A stretch of 64,000 bases of DNA from an uncultured Bacteroidales bacterium (GCA_963789985.1 CAWBNA010000019.1:464464-528463); one strand, 5' to 3'. Shown: positions 19,899-30,338, counted from the stretch's first letter. Program-made: numbers and translations. The notes: generated from the sequence alone by a model not told the origin.

Positions 19899-22173
19899 TT
19901 ATTCTATGTTTTTTACTGCTTGTCTCAAACCCGATAAACCCCGGCCTGAATTTCATAAGATATGCCGGTATAACAACAATTGCTCCCAGAAGGCATGATC
20001 CTATTGAGATTATTACAAGATACCCAAAGAACCTGATCGATGTAAAATCAGAGAATACCAGCGATGCAAATCCTCCCATTACAGTCAATGCATTTATTAT
20101 TATGCTTCTTCCTATTGTCTTAAGCGCTGCGGTGGTTGCCTCCGGATAATCAAGACCGCTTCGGATCTGCAGATTGAAGCACCATACATACTGTATCGTA
20201 AAATCGACTCCGACACCTATCATTATCGACGAGAGCAGTGCCGTGGCTGCATCGAGGGCAATTCCTGAAAATCCCATGAATCCGAAAAGAACCATTATTG
20301 ATGCAAAAAGAGGTATGGAGCCGATAATCCCGCCTTTTACAGACCTGAAAATTATTGAAATAAGAAAAAACACTGTCACCAAAGCCAATATAAGGGAGGA
20401 AACCTGTCCTTTTATAATCGACTGTGCAAAATCGGCCATAATAATTGCATACCCTCCGACAGTGATTTCAGCAGGGAATTTCACGGTAAGCTGTGAAATA
20501 CGCGATTTTACATTTCTTATTATTGCGTTGTCGGGCTCAGAAAGCCTCACAAGAATATGAGCCTTAGTGTTTTCAAGATTCATCAGCTGAATGAAATCTT
20601 CAGGGTTGCCGCTCATATTGTACAGTTCGAACATCTGGGCAATCGCATCCCTGGAAGAAGGTATCCTGTCATAGCCATCCTCATTTCTGCTATAGATTGC
20701 CTTGCTCATTTCCCTGACTACCTGCGATATTGAAAATACTTTCCCGACACCTTTTTCTTTCCCGACCTGGAGAGTAAGACTATCGATCCTTTTCATCACT
20801 TCTGGCGATTTAATATCCCCGGTGACCATAACGGAGATCGTCTGGGATCCGCCGAATTTTGAATTTATTATCTGAGAAGCCTGCCTTACAGGGTGCTTTT
20901 TTGAAAAGTAGTTTTCCTGGTTGGTATTTATTTTCAGAAAGCCTATGCCTGATGAGATGACCACAACAAAAACAAGTGATGCAATCAGTATCCTGCTGGC
21001 GTGAGCATTAATCATTCCTGCCAATCTGCCCAATAAACCATCAAATATCTGAGTCCTGCCGGGCCCTGTAATATTTGCCTTTACTCCTGTGCCGGTTACA
21101 AAGATAATAGCAGGTATAAGAAGGAGGCTCATAAGAAGGGCAAGTGAAACACCTGCTGCTGCAAGAGCTCCCATCTGGCGGGCAGGAATTATCGAATGTG
21201 TGAGCAGACCGAGTATCCCGGCAACTGTTGTCAGTCCGCTGAATAATATCGGCATATTCAATGACTTCAGAAGAAGAGAAACGAGCTCCTTCTTTGAGGC
21301 ATCCGGCAAGCGTAATCTGAGTTCCTGGTAGCGGGCGACAAGATAAATCCCATAATTGTTTGCCACAGCTATCAGGATGACAGGCAAAAGCAATGTTATT
21401 ATGGATATTTTCCATCCCAAAAGCGGAATAAGAGCTGTGCTGAAAACCGTTGACAGGATGACAACGGAAAATGGCATCATTACCGAACGCCATCTTCCAA
21501 GATTTACCCTGAGAATAAAAAGCATTATCAGCAGGGCAACCGGCACAAGAATAATTGCATCCCGGCTGACATCTTTCATTATATTGAACCTGATATAGGG
21601 GAGACCGCCTTTTGTGATCTTCATTTTACCGGGAAATAAGTTGATTGCCGAATCGATCTTCTGCAATGTGACCCTTTCCGGGACGGAGTTGTTGATAGTA
21701 GCTGTGATTGATGCAGTTGTAAAGTCGGAAGATATTACAATATCACGGGCAAACTTGTTATTGAGTATTTCTTTTTTAAGCTTATTAATTTCAGAAGTGT
21801 CCTCAGGCATTTTGCTGATTAACGGTTCAGCCACCATCGTGCCTTCTTCACTTTTTATGCTTCTGACGGTAAATGGCGATACCCTGTAATTTACTCCACC
21901 AATCCTTGATATGGCTCTGTCTATATTTCTGATCTGATTTAAGTTATCCTTATTAATAATACAGCTGTCTGAAAATAGTATCACCACCATATCCTGAACT
22001 CCAAATTCCTTTTCAATTTTATCAGTCTCGATCCTTGACCGGATTTTAGCCGGAACATAATTCCTTATCTCGGGGTCAACCCGTGTTCCCTTCAACAGGA
22101 ATGCGGATGCTGTTCCTATTGCGACGCAGAGGATAATTATCAGCCACCTGTATTTGAAAATAAAATCTGCCAT
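19831..22173 (-). CDS. MMPL/RND-superfamily exporter (two 6-TM bundles)
   Basis: About 780 aa with two hydrophobic blocks separated by periplasmic domains. The ATG at 22173 lies 4 nt after the upstream gene's stop (22178-22180). The 3' end overlaps the next gene by 68 nt. Confidence 0.7.
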   Translation of the reverse strand: MADFIFKYRWLIIILCVAIGTASAFLLKGTRVDPEIRNYVPAKIRSRIETDKIEKEFGVQDMVVILFSDSCIINKDNLNQIRNIDRAISRIGGVNYRVSPFTVRSIKSEEGTMVAEPLISKMPEDTSEINKLKKEILNNKFARDIVISSDFTTASITATINNSVPERVTLQKIDSAINLFPGKMKITKGGLPYIRFNIMKDVSRDAIILVPVALLIMLFILRVNLGRWRSVMMPFSVVILSTVFSTALIPLLGWKISIITLLLPVILIAVANNYGIYLVARYQELRLRLPDASKKELVSLLLKSLNMPILFSGLTTVAGILGLLTHSIIPARQMGALAAAGVSLALLMSLLLIPAIIFVTGTGVKANITGPGRTQIFDGLLGRLAGMINAHASRILIASLVFVVVISSGIGFLKINTNQENYFSKKHPVRQASQIINSKFGGSQTISVMVTGDIKSPEVMKRIDSLTLQVGKEKGVGKVFSISQVVREMSKAIYSRNEDGYDRIPSSRDAIAQMFELYNMSGNPEDFIQLMNLENTKAHILVRLSEPDNAIIRNVKSRISQLTVKFPAEITVGGYAIIMADFAQSIIKGQVSSLILALVTVFFLISIIFRSVKGGIIGSIPLFASIMVLFGFMGFSGIALDAATALLSSIMIGVGVDFTIQYVWCFNLQIRSGLDYPEATTAALKTIGRSIIINALTVMGGFASLVFSDFTSIRFFGYLVIISIGSCLLGAIVVIPAYLMKFRPGFIGFETSSKKHRINEKKSDVIGVSTAAFAGRRAAS

Positions 22174-22177
22174 AATT

Positions 22178-23566
22178 TCAGAAATCAACTCTCAGTGAAA
22201 CATAAACTCCATCCATGAAATCGTTTATAATGTCGTAAAGTGAGCCTGACTTGCCGGAATAAATTTCTGCCCCGGCAGTAATTGCTAGTCCGTCAGCCGG
22301 CTTATACCTTATTTCAGGTATCAGCAACAAATCGCGGGAAGTTATATTGTACATGCTGTAGACCGAAGGCATCAGCTTGCCGTAATTCATATCGGCTTCC
22401 ACCCTTAAGCCTATTGAATGATAGTACTTTTCAAGCTGGTAATTATAAAGCCTGTCAAAAGCTCCGACTTCCTGACGTATATACTCATTTATGTCGAATC
22501 CGGGTATCGCCAGCATTCCTGCAAGTTTTGAGTAATCAGTGGCAGTTCCTATTATCGGCTCAGCTGATGCGGGTGCAAAATCAATTATATATTTTCCGCT
22601 GTATTCAGCCGTAAAATGCCATATCCCGGCCATCCGGTCAATGCCAGCGACCCAATCGATTTCGGGCAATGCCACATATTCATATGATTTATAGGAGAGA
22701 GGAGGGGCTGACCATGCCGCTTCTCCCCGAATGCCATAAGCACCCGCAGTGGTTTCAAAATCAAAGCCCAGCACTCTTGTTTTATAAGGTTCCATCGAGA
22801 TCTCAGTATAAGCAACAGGAACGGTCTGGGTAAGATCAAGGGTAAATTTGTCGAGGGCAGCGCCGGGAACAGGATCATAGCCTTCGAACCATGACAGACT
22901 GAAGTCTATGCCTTTAAGATGAAAGTCCGACCTTAAACCGTAACCAAACATTTTACTATCTGTGATCAGGGAAGCAGTCTGGTTTATTACTGTATTTTCC
23001 GGCAGTGGAATCGGATCAATTAAGAGTGTCGACGGCCTGTAGAAAGGAATCGTAACGGCTGTCAGGCTTATGTGGTCTGAGGGATACCATTTCAATTCGG
23101 CGAGAAGGTTTCCCAGATCCATGTCTTCCCTGTCTGGCGAGCGTGATATCATGTTCTGAGGGCTCAGCTTCGAAATTGGATTTGTAAAATCACAGCGGCC
23201 CCACTTTATTATCTTCTGCCCTGCGGTTATATCCCATTTCTTTCCATTGACATTCACATAGGCTTCCCGGACATCAAACCTGCTAACTGGTTTAAGGAAC
23301 TCTGACCCATACCTGTAACGCAGGTCAGCAAAAGCTTTGAAATTAAATCCATTCCCTGCTTCCATCCTGAATCCGAGATCCGAAAATCCGGTGGAGACAT
23401 AAGGCCTGTTATTTGACTGACTGATCCAGGAATATAAACCGGCTCTGACAAACCCGCCGAATACGGGACGCCATGAATTAATCTGTGCTACGGAAGTGGA
23501 ATCCTGGGAATGTGCACTGAGACTGAAAACAATAAAAAGGAAAACTGACAGGGCACTCGACTTCAT
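22178..23566 (-). CDS. outer-membrane beta-barrel protein (unknown family), first gene of exporter operon
   Basis: The ATG at 23566 gives the signal peptide MKSSALSVFLFIVFSLSAHSQ. It has alternating beta-strand-like sequence rich in aromatic and Gly residues, and the C-terminal residue is Phe (VSLRVDF). Confidence 0.6.
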   Translation of the reverse strand: MKSSALSVFLFIVFSLSAHSQDSTSVAQINSWRPVFGGFVRAGLYSWISQSNNRPYVSTGFSDLGFRMEAGNGFNFKAFADLRYRYGSEFLKPVSRFDVREAYVNVNGKKWDITAGQKIIKWGRCDFTNPISKLSPQNMISRSPDREDMDLGNLLAELKWYPSDHISLTAVTIPFYRPSTLLIDPIPLPENTVINQTASLITDSKMFGYGLRSDFHLKGIDFSLSWFEGYDPVPGAALDKFTLDLTQTVPVAYTEISMEPYKTRVLGFDFETTAGAYGIRGEAAWSAPPLSYKSYEYVALPEIDWVAGIDRMAGIWHFTAEYSGKYIIDFAPASAEPIIGTATDYSKLAGMLAIPGFDINEYIRQEVGAFDRLYNYQLEKYYHSIGLRVEADMNYGKLMPSVYSMYNITSRDLLLIPEIRYKPADGLAITAGAEIYSGKSGSLYDIINDFMDGVYVSLRVDF

Positions 23567-23675
23567 TCTTTTTTCAGGCAAAAGAACAGTAATTTGGAGC
23601 GCATGTCGCCTTATCCGCTTATCCCGAACCTGAAAAGGGATTTATTGATGTACGTCCCGCTGAGATTGAACCATG

Positions 23676-24797
23676 CTATTTTCCTATGCCTGTCATTTTT
23701 TCCCTGTATTCGCTGGGTGTCAGGCTGGTCTGATGCTTGAAAAAAGTATTGAATGTTGTCTTGGAGTTGAATCCTGAATCCATTGCTATTGCAAGTATGG
23801 TATAATTATTGAATTTCGGATCGCTGAATCGCTGCATCACCTCCCTGACCCTGTACTCATTGATGAAAGTGAAGAAGTTCCTGCTGTACTTTTCGTTCAG
23901 CACCTGAGTGATGTGATGGCGTGATATTCCTGTTTTGGCCGCCAGGTCATGGATTGTAAGATTACCGTCGAGGTATGGCTTGTTTGTCTCCATACAATTA
24001 AGCAGTTTCTTAAGGTACTTTTCAGCCTGAGTATCTTTAAGACCGCTCCTGACATATTTCTCAGGCTTTTTCTTAAGGTCATCATCCGCCACGACTTCAC
24101 CCCCAAAAATAACCGGCTGTTTGATCCCATAGAAACTGTAAACAATTGAAAATAAGGCTATAAAGCCAAATATTACGAAATAGGGGTCAAATGGAATGAA
24201 ATTGCCTATCATGTTGAGTCCGCCCAGCATAAATAGTATGAAAAATGCAACATAAAAGCTTACTGACAATATTTTCAACCAGTTAAGAGTAATTTTCTGT
24301 GAAGTGAATGAAACAAGGTCCTTGAGATTTTCCTGATGATGTTTTATTTCAATAAATGCAAGGGCGCTGTAGATTGTAATTGAAAGGAAGAAACATACTG
24401 AATATGTGATTCTGAGAGAAATGAATCTGTCAGGCCTGAAAAAGCTTCTGAGATCCCTGACGAGCGGTTCGGATCTGAAAATGACTGATACAGTGAAGAA
24501 TGCAATGAACGGTATGAAATGAAGGAGAGCAAGCCAATTAAACTTCCGCCCCGGGTCAGTCATAAACTTAATGTACAGATATAAGAGAGGTCCGTAAGTG
24601 AATGTAATGAATGGAAATGAGTACATCTCGATGACCTTGCTGTTGATCAGCGCAAAAGCCATTTCAATGCAAATCATGAAGAGCCATGCCGCCATAAGCC
24701 TGTTTGCTGTATTGTAAGGCTTTTTTGTCGCGACAATCAATCCTGCAAAAAATGACTGGGAAATTCCAATATAAAGTACAGGGTCGATATTTACCAT
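23676..24797 (-). CDS. AraC-family transcriptional regulator with N-terminal multi-TM sensor domain
   Basis: The N-terminal ~220 aa form several TM helices. The C-terminus has the AraC HTH (LTIHDLAAKTGISRHHITQVLN...ILAIAMDSGFNSKTTFNTFFKHQTSLTPSEYR). Confidence 0.8.
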   Translation of the reverse strand: MVNIDPVLYIGISQSFFAGLIVATKKPYNTANRLMAAWLFMICIEMAFALINSKVIEMYSFPFITFTYGPLLYLYIKFMTDPGRKFNWLALLHFIPFIAFFTVSVIFRSEPLVRDLRSFFRPDRFISLRITYSVCFFLSITIYSALAFIEIKHHQENLKDLVSFTSQKITLNWLKILSVSFYVAFFILFMLGGLNMIGNFIPFDPYFVIFGFIALFSIVYSFYGIKQPVIFGGEVVADDDLKKKPEKYVRSGLKDTQAEKYLKKLLNCMETNKPYLDGNLTIHDLAAKTGISRHHITQVLNEKYSRNFFTFINEYRVREVMQRFSDPKFNNYTILAIAMDSGFNSKTTFNTFFKHQTSLTPSEYREKMTGIGK

Positions 24798-24852
24798 GAA
24801 ATATATTGTAATTTATTAATCAAATATAGCCAAAATGAACAAATAAAAAAGG

Positions 24853-24860
24853 TATATTTG
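24853..24860 (+). promoter_or_regulatory. Bacteroidota -7 box (TATATTTG) upstream of sucD
   Basis: It matches TAnnTTTG in the 24798-24933 intergenic region. Confidence 0.35.
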
Positions 24861-24933
24861 GTGTAAAGCTAAAACCCTTTCTGGCAGCATAAAATATGAA
24901 AGACTAAACAATTGAACCATAAATCTGATTCAT

Positions 24934-25809
24934 ATGGGCGTTCTTCTAAACAAAGACTCTAAAGTTATTGTCCAGGGATTTACAGGAAACGAAGCGACTT
25001 TTCACGCTTCACAAATGATTGAATATGGAACAAAAGTTGAAGGAGGAGTGACTCCGGGAAAGGGAGGTCAGGTTCACCTCGGCCTGCCTGTGTTCAACAC
25101 CGTCTGCGCTGCAGTAAAATCGACAGGAGCTGATGTATCGGTAATTTTCGTTCCTCCGGCTGCCGGCGCCGATGCAATCATGGAAGCTGCAGAAAGCGGG
25201 ATAAAGCTTGTTGTGGCAATTACTGAAGGAATCCCCGTGGCTGACATGGTTGTTGTCAAAGAATACCTTAGATCATTCAACTGCAGGCTCATAGGCCCTA
25301 ATTGCCCTGGTATAATCACTCCTGGAGAAGCAAAGGCCGGAATAATGCCCGGATTCATTCACAGGAAAGGTACGGTAGGCATTGTTTCGCGCTCCGGGAC
25401 ACTGACTTATGAAGCTGTTGACCAAATAACAAAACTGGGACTGGGCCAGTCGACATGCATCGGGATAGGAGGGGATCCTGTCATAGGAACATCAATTCTC
25501 GAAGTCGTAATGCTGCTGATGAATGATGCTGAAACTGAGGCTGTTGTCATTATCGGCGAAATAGGAGGAAACATGGAGACCGATGCAGCAGAGTGGATTA
25601 AAGTAAATGGCACCAAACCGGTTGTCGGATTCATTTCAGGGATGACTGCACCAAAAGGAAGAAAGATGGGTCATGCAGGTGCAATAATAGGAGGGAAGGC
25701 TGATACTGCAGCGGCTAAAATAGAAATAATGAAAAACTGCGGGATCAATGTGGTGCAGTCGCCGGCAGATATTGGATCAACGGTTTTTAATGTTTTAAAA
25801 CATTCATAG
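24934..25809 (+). CDS. sucD: succinate--CoA ligase subunit alpha
   Basis: [35 protein letters not shown], ...GPNCPGII..., SRSGTLTYE and the active-site MGHAGAII motif are present. Confidence 0.92.
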   Translation: MGVLLNKDSKVIVQGFTGNEATFHASQMIEYGTKVEGGVTPGKGGQVHLGLPVFNTVCAAVKSTGADVSVIFVPPAAGADAIMEAAESGIKLVVAITEGIPVADMVVVKEYLRSFNCRLIGPNCPGIITPGEAKAGIMPGFIHRKGTVGIVSRSGTLTYEAVDQITKLGLGQSTCIGIGGDPVIGTSILEVVMLLMNDAETEAVVIIGEIGGNMETDAAEWIKVNGTKPVVGFISGMTAPKGRKMGHAGAIIGGKADTAAAKIEIMKNCGINVVQSPADIGSTVFNVLKHS

Positions 25810-25971
25810 CAGGAAACTATTGGCTGCATGTATTTACCCTCAATCCGATCTTTAATTATTAAAGATATAATATATACACGTGATAATTAGTTGATTATCC
25901 TCATTACTAAACAGAGTGGAGAAAAGAAGGGGTGAGTACATGACCAAAAAACATTAACTTTTATATTCTTC

Positions 25972-25979
25972 TATATTTG
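25972..25979 (+). promoter_or_regulatory. Bacteroidota -7 box (TATATTTG) upstream of fabG
   Basis: It matches TAnnTTTG and lies 22 nt before the ATG at 26001. Confidence 0.4.
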
Positions 25980-26000
25980 CATAAACTAACTAAACCTGAC

Positions 26001-26747
26001 ATGAAACTACTTGAAGGAAAAACTGCTCTTATTACAGGCGCTTCCAGAGGTATCGGAAAAGCTATAGCCCGCAGATTTGCAGGTGAAGGAGCAACCATCG
26101 CCATAACAAATATAGTGGAGGATGAGGAATTCATTAACGCAGTCAATGAACTGAAAGCTCTGAACATACCGGCAAAAGGCTATATTTCAAATGCATCCAA
26201 TTTTGAAGACTCCCAAAGAACTGTTACAGAAATAGTGAATGATTTTGGCAAGATCGACATCCTTGTCAACAATGCCGGGATAACAAGGGATGCTTTACTT
26301 ATGAGAATGACAGAAGAACAGTGGGATTCCGTCATCGCGGTCAACCTCAAATCAGTTTTTAACCTGACAAAAGCTGTCCTTCAGACAATGCTTAAGCAGA
26401 AAAGCGGGTCAATAATAAACCTCAGCTCAGTGGTTGGTGTTTCAGGAAACGCAGGTCAGAGTAATTATTCTGCTTCAAAGGCTGGTATTATCGGCTTTAC
26501 AAAAAGTGTTGCAAAGGAACTGGGATCAAGAAATATCAGGGCAAATGCAATTGCTCCCGGCTTTATTCTTACTGACATGACCGAAAAACTGCCACCCGAT
26601 ATTAAAAGCGAATGGATAAACAAAATTCCTTTAAAGCGCGGCGGAACCCCTGATGATGTGGCTAATGCAGCTTTGTTCCTTGCCTCGGACCTGTCATCTT
26701 ATATAACCGGACAAACAATTCATGTGTGCGGAGGTATGCTAACATAA
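26001..26747 (+). CDS. fabG: 3-oxoacyl-[acyl-carrier-protein] reductase
   Basis: MKLLEGKTALITGASRGIGKAIA, NNAGITRD and the YSASKAG catalytic motif are present, and the length is classical SDR. The ATG at 26001 is preferred over the listed TTG at 25977. Confidence 0.85.
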   Translation: MKLLEGKTALITGASRGIGKAIARRFAGEGATIAITNIVEDEEFINAVNELKALNIPAKGYISNASNFEDSQRTVTEIVNDFGKIDILVNNAGITRDALLMRMTEEQWDSVIAVNLKSVFNLTKAVLQTMLKQKSGSIINLSSVVGVSGNAGQSNYSASKAGIIGFTKSVAKELGSRNIRANAIAPGFILTDMTEKLPPDIKSEWINKIPLKRGGTPDDVANAALFLASDLSSYITGQTIHVCGGMLT

Positions 26748-26756
26748 AAAAATTAT

Positions 26757-26764
26757 TATATTTG
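26757..26764 (+). promoter_or_regulatory. Bacteroidota -7 box (TATATTTG) preceding a structured leader
   Basis: It matches TAnnTTTG and lies 7 nt before the left arm of the 26772-26850 long-range stem. Confidence 0.4.
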
Positions 26765-26771
26765 CAGTACC

Positions 26772-26860
26772 GCAGGGTGCCTATCCTTTTAGCACGAGGA
26801 AATGCAGCGAGACATATTTATTCCACACTTATTTTAAACAGGCGCCCTGCTTCTTTTTTT
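26772..26860 (+). other. structured leader / small RNA candidate ending in an intrinsic-terminator-like stem plus U-tract
   Basis: GCAGGGTGCC (26772-26781) pairs 9/10 with GGCGCCCTGC (26841-26850). It is followed by TTCTTTTTTT (26851-26860), 20 nt before the M48 start codon. Confidence 0.35.
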
Positions 26861-26879
26861 ATAACAATCTGATCCATTA

Positions 26880-28106
26880 ATGCATAACTTCATATTCTTC
26901 ATTATCCTGATTATACCTGTTGCCGGGTATCTGCTCGAGGTTTATCTCGAATACCTCGATTCAAAAATGTGGTCAGAGGTCCTGCCCGCGAAACTGGAAG
27001 GCATATGCGACCATGACGAATACAGAAAAACCCAGCTATACGGTAAGGATAACAGGAGGCTCTCATTCTGGTCCTCCACTTTAAACCTCGCAGTCATCGT
27101 AATAATGATCCTTGGAGGAGGATTTGCGGCAGCCGACTCCATTGCAAGATACTTCACCAGCGATCCTGTCCTGATCGCACTGACATTCTTTGCTGTTATC
27201 GGCATTGCATCGGAAATAATAAACCTGCCGTTCGGATGGTACGACACTTTTGTAATCGAAAAGAAATATGGTTTTAACAAGATGACTACCAGGACATTCA
27301 TAACCGATCAGCTGAAATCATTGTTTATTACTGTTCTTATCGGCGGACCCATTCTTGGTGTTATTACCTGGGTTTATTACCGGACAGGCAAAGGATTCTG
27401 GATTTATGCATGGGCACTGGTAACAGTATTTTCGGTTTTCCTGAACCTGTTTTATTCCGAGCTGATAGTTCCGCTGTTCAACAAGCAGACTCCGCTGGAA
27501 GAAAGCCCGTTGAGACTGAAAATTGAATCATTTGCAAAAAAGACCGGGTTCAGACTGAAGAATATCTATGTAATTGACGGATCAAAACGGAGTACAAAGG
27601 CAAATGCCTATTTCTCAGGACTCGGGCCAAAGAAGAGAATAGTGCTTTATGATACTTTGATGAAAGAGCTTAATGAAGAAGAAATAGTTGCTGTTCTAGC
27701 CCATGAGATAGGACATTATAAAAAGAAGCATATAGTGCGAAGTCTTGTTTTTTCATTCTTCCTTACGGGCCTGATGCTTTTCCTTTTTTCACTTATCGTC
27801 GACAGTCCTCTGCTGTCGCAGGCACTGGGAGCAAAGACTCCGAGTTTCCATCTCGGACTTATAGTATTCGGGATTCTTTACAGCCCGTTATCTCTTTTGA
27901 TCGGACTTGGGACAAACTCAATTTCAAGAAGGAATGAATTTGAAGCCGACAAGTTTGTAAAGGATAATTATGATCCGAAGATACTTGCAGGAGCTTTAAA
28001 AAAGCTCTCAGTAAGAAACCTGTCGAACATGATGCCGCATCCTGCATATGTGTTCTTTCATTATTCCCATCCCCCGTTACTGGCAAGACTGGCAAAATTG
28101 GAATGA
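26880..28106 (+). CDS. M48-family (Ste24/HtpX-like) zinc metalloprotease, membrane-embedded
   Basis: Multiple TM helices are present. The HEIGHYKKKH zinc motif (HExxH) and a downstream NEFEAD glutamate motif fit the family. 408 aa. Confidence 0.8.
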   Translation: MHNFIFFIILIIPVAGYLLEVYLEYLDSKMWSEVLPAKLEGICDHDEYRKTQLYGKDNRRLSFWSSTLNLAVIVIMILGGGFAAADSIARYFTSDPVLIALTFFAVIGIASEIINLPFGWYDTFVIEKKYGFNKMTTRTFITDQLKSLFITVLIGGPILGVITWVYYRTGKGFWIYAWALVTVFSVFLNLFYSELIVPLFNKQTPLEESPLRLKIESFAKKTGFRLKNIYVIDGSKRSTKANAYFSGLGPKKRIVLYDTLMKELNEEEIVAVLAHEIGHYKKKHIVRSLVFSFFLTGLMLFLFSLIVDSPLLSQALGAKTPSFHLGLIVFGILYSPLSLLIGLGTNSISRRNEFEADKFVKDNYDPKILAGALKKLSVRNLSNMMPHPAYVFFHYSHPPLLARLAKLE

Positions 28107-28111
28107 ATTCC

Positions 28112-28119
28112 TATATTTG
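28112..28119 (+). promoter_or_regulatory. Bacteroidota -7 box (TATATTTG) upstream of tRNA-Thr
   Basis: It matches TAnnTTTG and lies 11 nt before tRNA position 1. Confidence 0.45.
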
Positions 28120-28129
28120 CAAAAAAATT

Positions 28130-28202
28130 GCCTCCTTAGCTCAGTCGGTAGAGCAGCTCATTCGTAATGAGCAGGTCGTGGGTTCGAGTCCCATTGGAGG
28201 CT
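28130..28202 (+). tRNA. tRNA-Thr (anticodon CGU)
   Basis: The cloverleaf was folded by hand: acceptor GCCTCC(T)/(T)GGAGGC, D-arm GCTC-AGTCGGTA-GAGC, anticodon arm GCTCA-TTCGTAA-TGAGC with CGT central, and T-arm GTGGG-TTCGAGT-CCCAT. No CCA is encoded. Confidence 0.9.
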
Positions 28203-28203
28203 C
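28182..28203 (+). repeat. attL-like core (3' end of tRNA-Thr)
   Basis: It is identical to 48354-48375 over 22 nt. Confidence 0.75.
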
Positions 28204-28465
28204 CTAAAACGATCTCATTTTTTTCATGACCGCTTAAAATCAAGGATTTCAGGCGGTTTCCTTTTTTACAGGTACTCAAAATGTACGCCAGAACTCCTAG
28301 AATAGGGTGAAAAATCGATACCTCTTTATAAAATGCTAATTAGGTATCGCTAAACTCTGTAACTCTCTGTTTATTTTGCATTTGATTGCAGCCTTTTGCA
28401 TGATGGCGAATGCTTAATTGAGGCGAAATTTGTACATAAAAAGAGTCCTTTAAATATATGCTATT

Positions 28466-29515
28466 ATGAAAAACAAAATTGTTACTCACTTTTATGTGAG
28501 AGAAGAGAAGAAGGATAAAAAAGGAGAAGTCCCTATTTATCTGAGAATCACCATCAATGAAGAAAGAGCAAGCCTTTCAACCGATCGAAGAGTAAATCCT
28601 GAATTATGGGATAAAGCTGCTGAGGGAGTTGCTGGGAGAAGTGAAATTGCAAGAGTAATCAATACCTCACTGAATAATCTTCTAAGTAAGGTAGAAAAGT
28701 ATTTCGGTAACCTTGATGTCAAAGATGAACTTGTTTCCGTTCATCAGATTATAGCTGAACTTAAAGGTAAGGGGATTAATCAAATGACAGTTATTAAGGC
28801 GTATGAATATCAAATTAAAAAGATGGAAGAACTTTCAGGAATTGATTATGCAATTACCACTATCAATAAGTACAGATATTCTTTGAATAGTCTAAAAAGG
28901 TTTTTGAAAACTGAGTTCAACAAAACTGATATTAGACTTTGCGACTTGGATTATAGATTCATTGAACGCTATCACAAGTATTTAAGGACATCTGAAAACT
29001 TAATGCATAATTCAGCAGTTAAGAACATTAAGAATCTTTTCAGAATAATAAATATTTCTATTACAAACAAGTGGATTAATATTAATCCATTTAAAAGCTT
29101 TAGTTGTAATTTTATTGATGCTAATAGGGGTTATTTGACTGAAGAAGAGATTGAAGCATTGTACAAAAAGGAATTTGCAATTAAGAGACTAGCCAAAGTA
29201 AGGGATGTTTTTATCTTCCAAATTTATACAGGGCTATCATATTGCGATTTGGCAAGATTAACTGATGATAGCATCGAAATCGGCATTGAGGGCAAACGAT
29301 GGATCGTATTAAATCGTAAGAAAACAGGAACTAGATCAAGCATTCCAATTTTACCAAGAGCTCAGGAAGTCCTGGATAATTACAAAACTGATCCATTATG
29401 TATCTCCGATCATAAACTTCTTCCGGTCTGCACCAATCAGCGAATGAACGGGTACCTGAAAGAGATCGCAGATTTATGTGAAATTAAAAAGACTCTAACA
29501 ATTACAAAAAGCTGA
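28466..29515 (+). pseudogene. Bacteroides-type tyrosine recombinase/integrase, 3'-truncated (catalytic HxxR and Tyr regions missing)
   Basis: The N-terminal arm-binding and SAM-like domains are typical (KIVTHFYVREEKKDKKGEVPIYLRITINEERASLST...). The first catalytic Arg region RDVFIFQIYTGLSYCDL is present. The ORF stops at ...EIKKTLTITKS, where homologues normally continue with the LTxHxxRHT box. Confidence 0.65.
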
Positions 29516-30338
29516 ACGTAAGCAGGCTGTAATCAAGCTTGCCTTACAAGGTCCTTCGGGATCAGGGAAAACTTACAGTTCATTGCTAATCGCTTATGGA
29601 CTTGTTGGAAACTGGAATCAGATTGTGGTTCTGGATACAGAGAACAATTCATCACACCTCTATTCACATCTTGGCAATTACAACGTTCTGAGCCTTTCTG
29701 AGCCATTTTCTCCTGAAAGGTATATCGAAGCATTAGAGTTTTGTGAAAAGGCTGGAATGAGAGCTATAATCATTGACAGTATAAGTCAGGAATGGGAAGG
29801 AAGCGGAGGCATTATTGAAACCCACAGCAACATGGCGGGGAACTCTTTCACAAACTGGAATCGTATGACTCCACGTCATAATGCCTTTGTCCAGAAGATG
29901 CTTCAGTCGCCTAGCCATATTATTGCTACAATAAGGTCAAAGCAGGATTATGTTTTGACTGATAAAAACGGCAAGATGGTTCCAGAAAAGGTTGGACTTA
30001 AGGGTGTCACAAGAGATGGGATGGATTATGAATTCACTCTGGTCTTCGACCTTGATATTAAACATCAAGTGACGACATCAAAAGACAGGACGAATTTATT
30101 TACCAATCCTTTACCATTTACGATAACTGAGCAGACAGGCAGTAAAATAAGAATTTGGTGCTTAGGAGAAGAGCTCATTAAGAATGCCGAGATGCAAATC
30201 AATGAAGCAAAAACAGTACTGGAATTACGCAGTATCCTGCTTAAGTATCCGACTCTCAGAGACAAGCTAGATCCACTTTGTATTCAGAGGAAGAAGGAGA
30301 TTGAGAGTATTGTAACTGATCGTATTGTCGAACCTTAA
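29499..30338 (+). pseudogene. AAA_24/Sak4-like P-loop ATPase lacking a start codon
   Basis: The frame is open from 29499 and encodes ...AVIKLALQGPSGSGKTYSSLLIAYG (Walker A) and AIIIDSISQEW (Walker B). No ATG/GTG/TTG lies upstream of the P-loop, and the first possible start (TTG 29583) is after it. Confidence 0.55.

Noticed and set aside
26771-26860. SRP (4.5S) RNA, because of the ~90-nt closed hairpin with a GGAA and GCAGC near its middle.
   Set aside because: The sequences flanking the GGAA cannot form the conserved domain IV helix (AGCACGA/ATGCAGCG are not complementary). The conserved GGAAGCAGC context is also absent.
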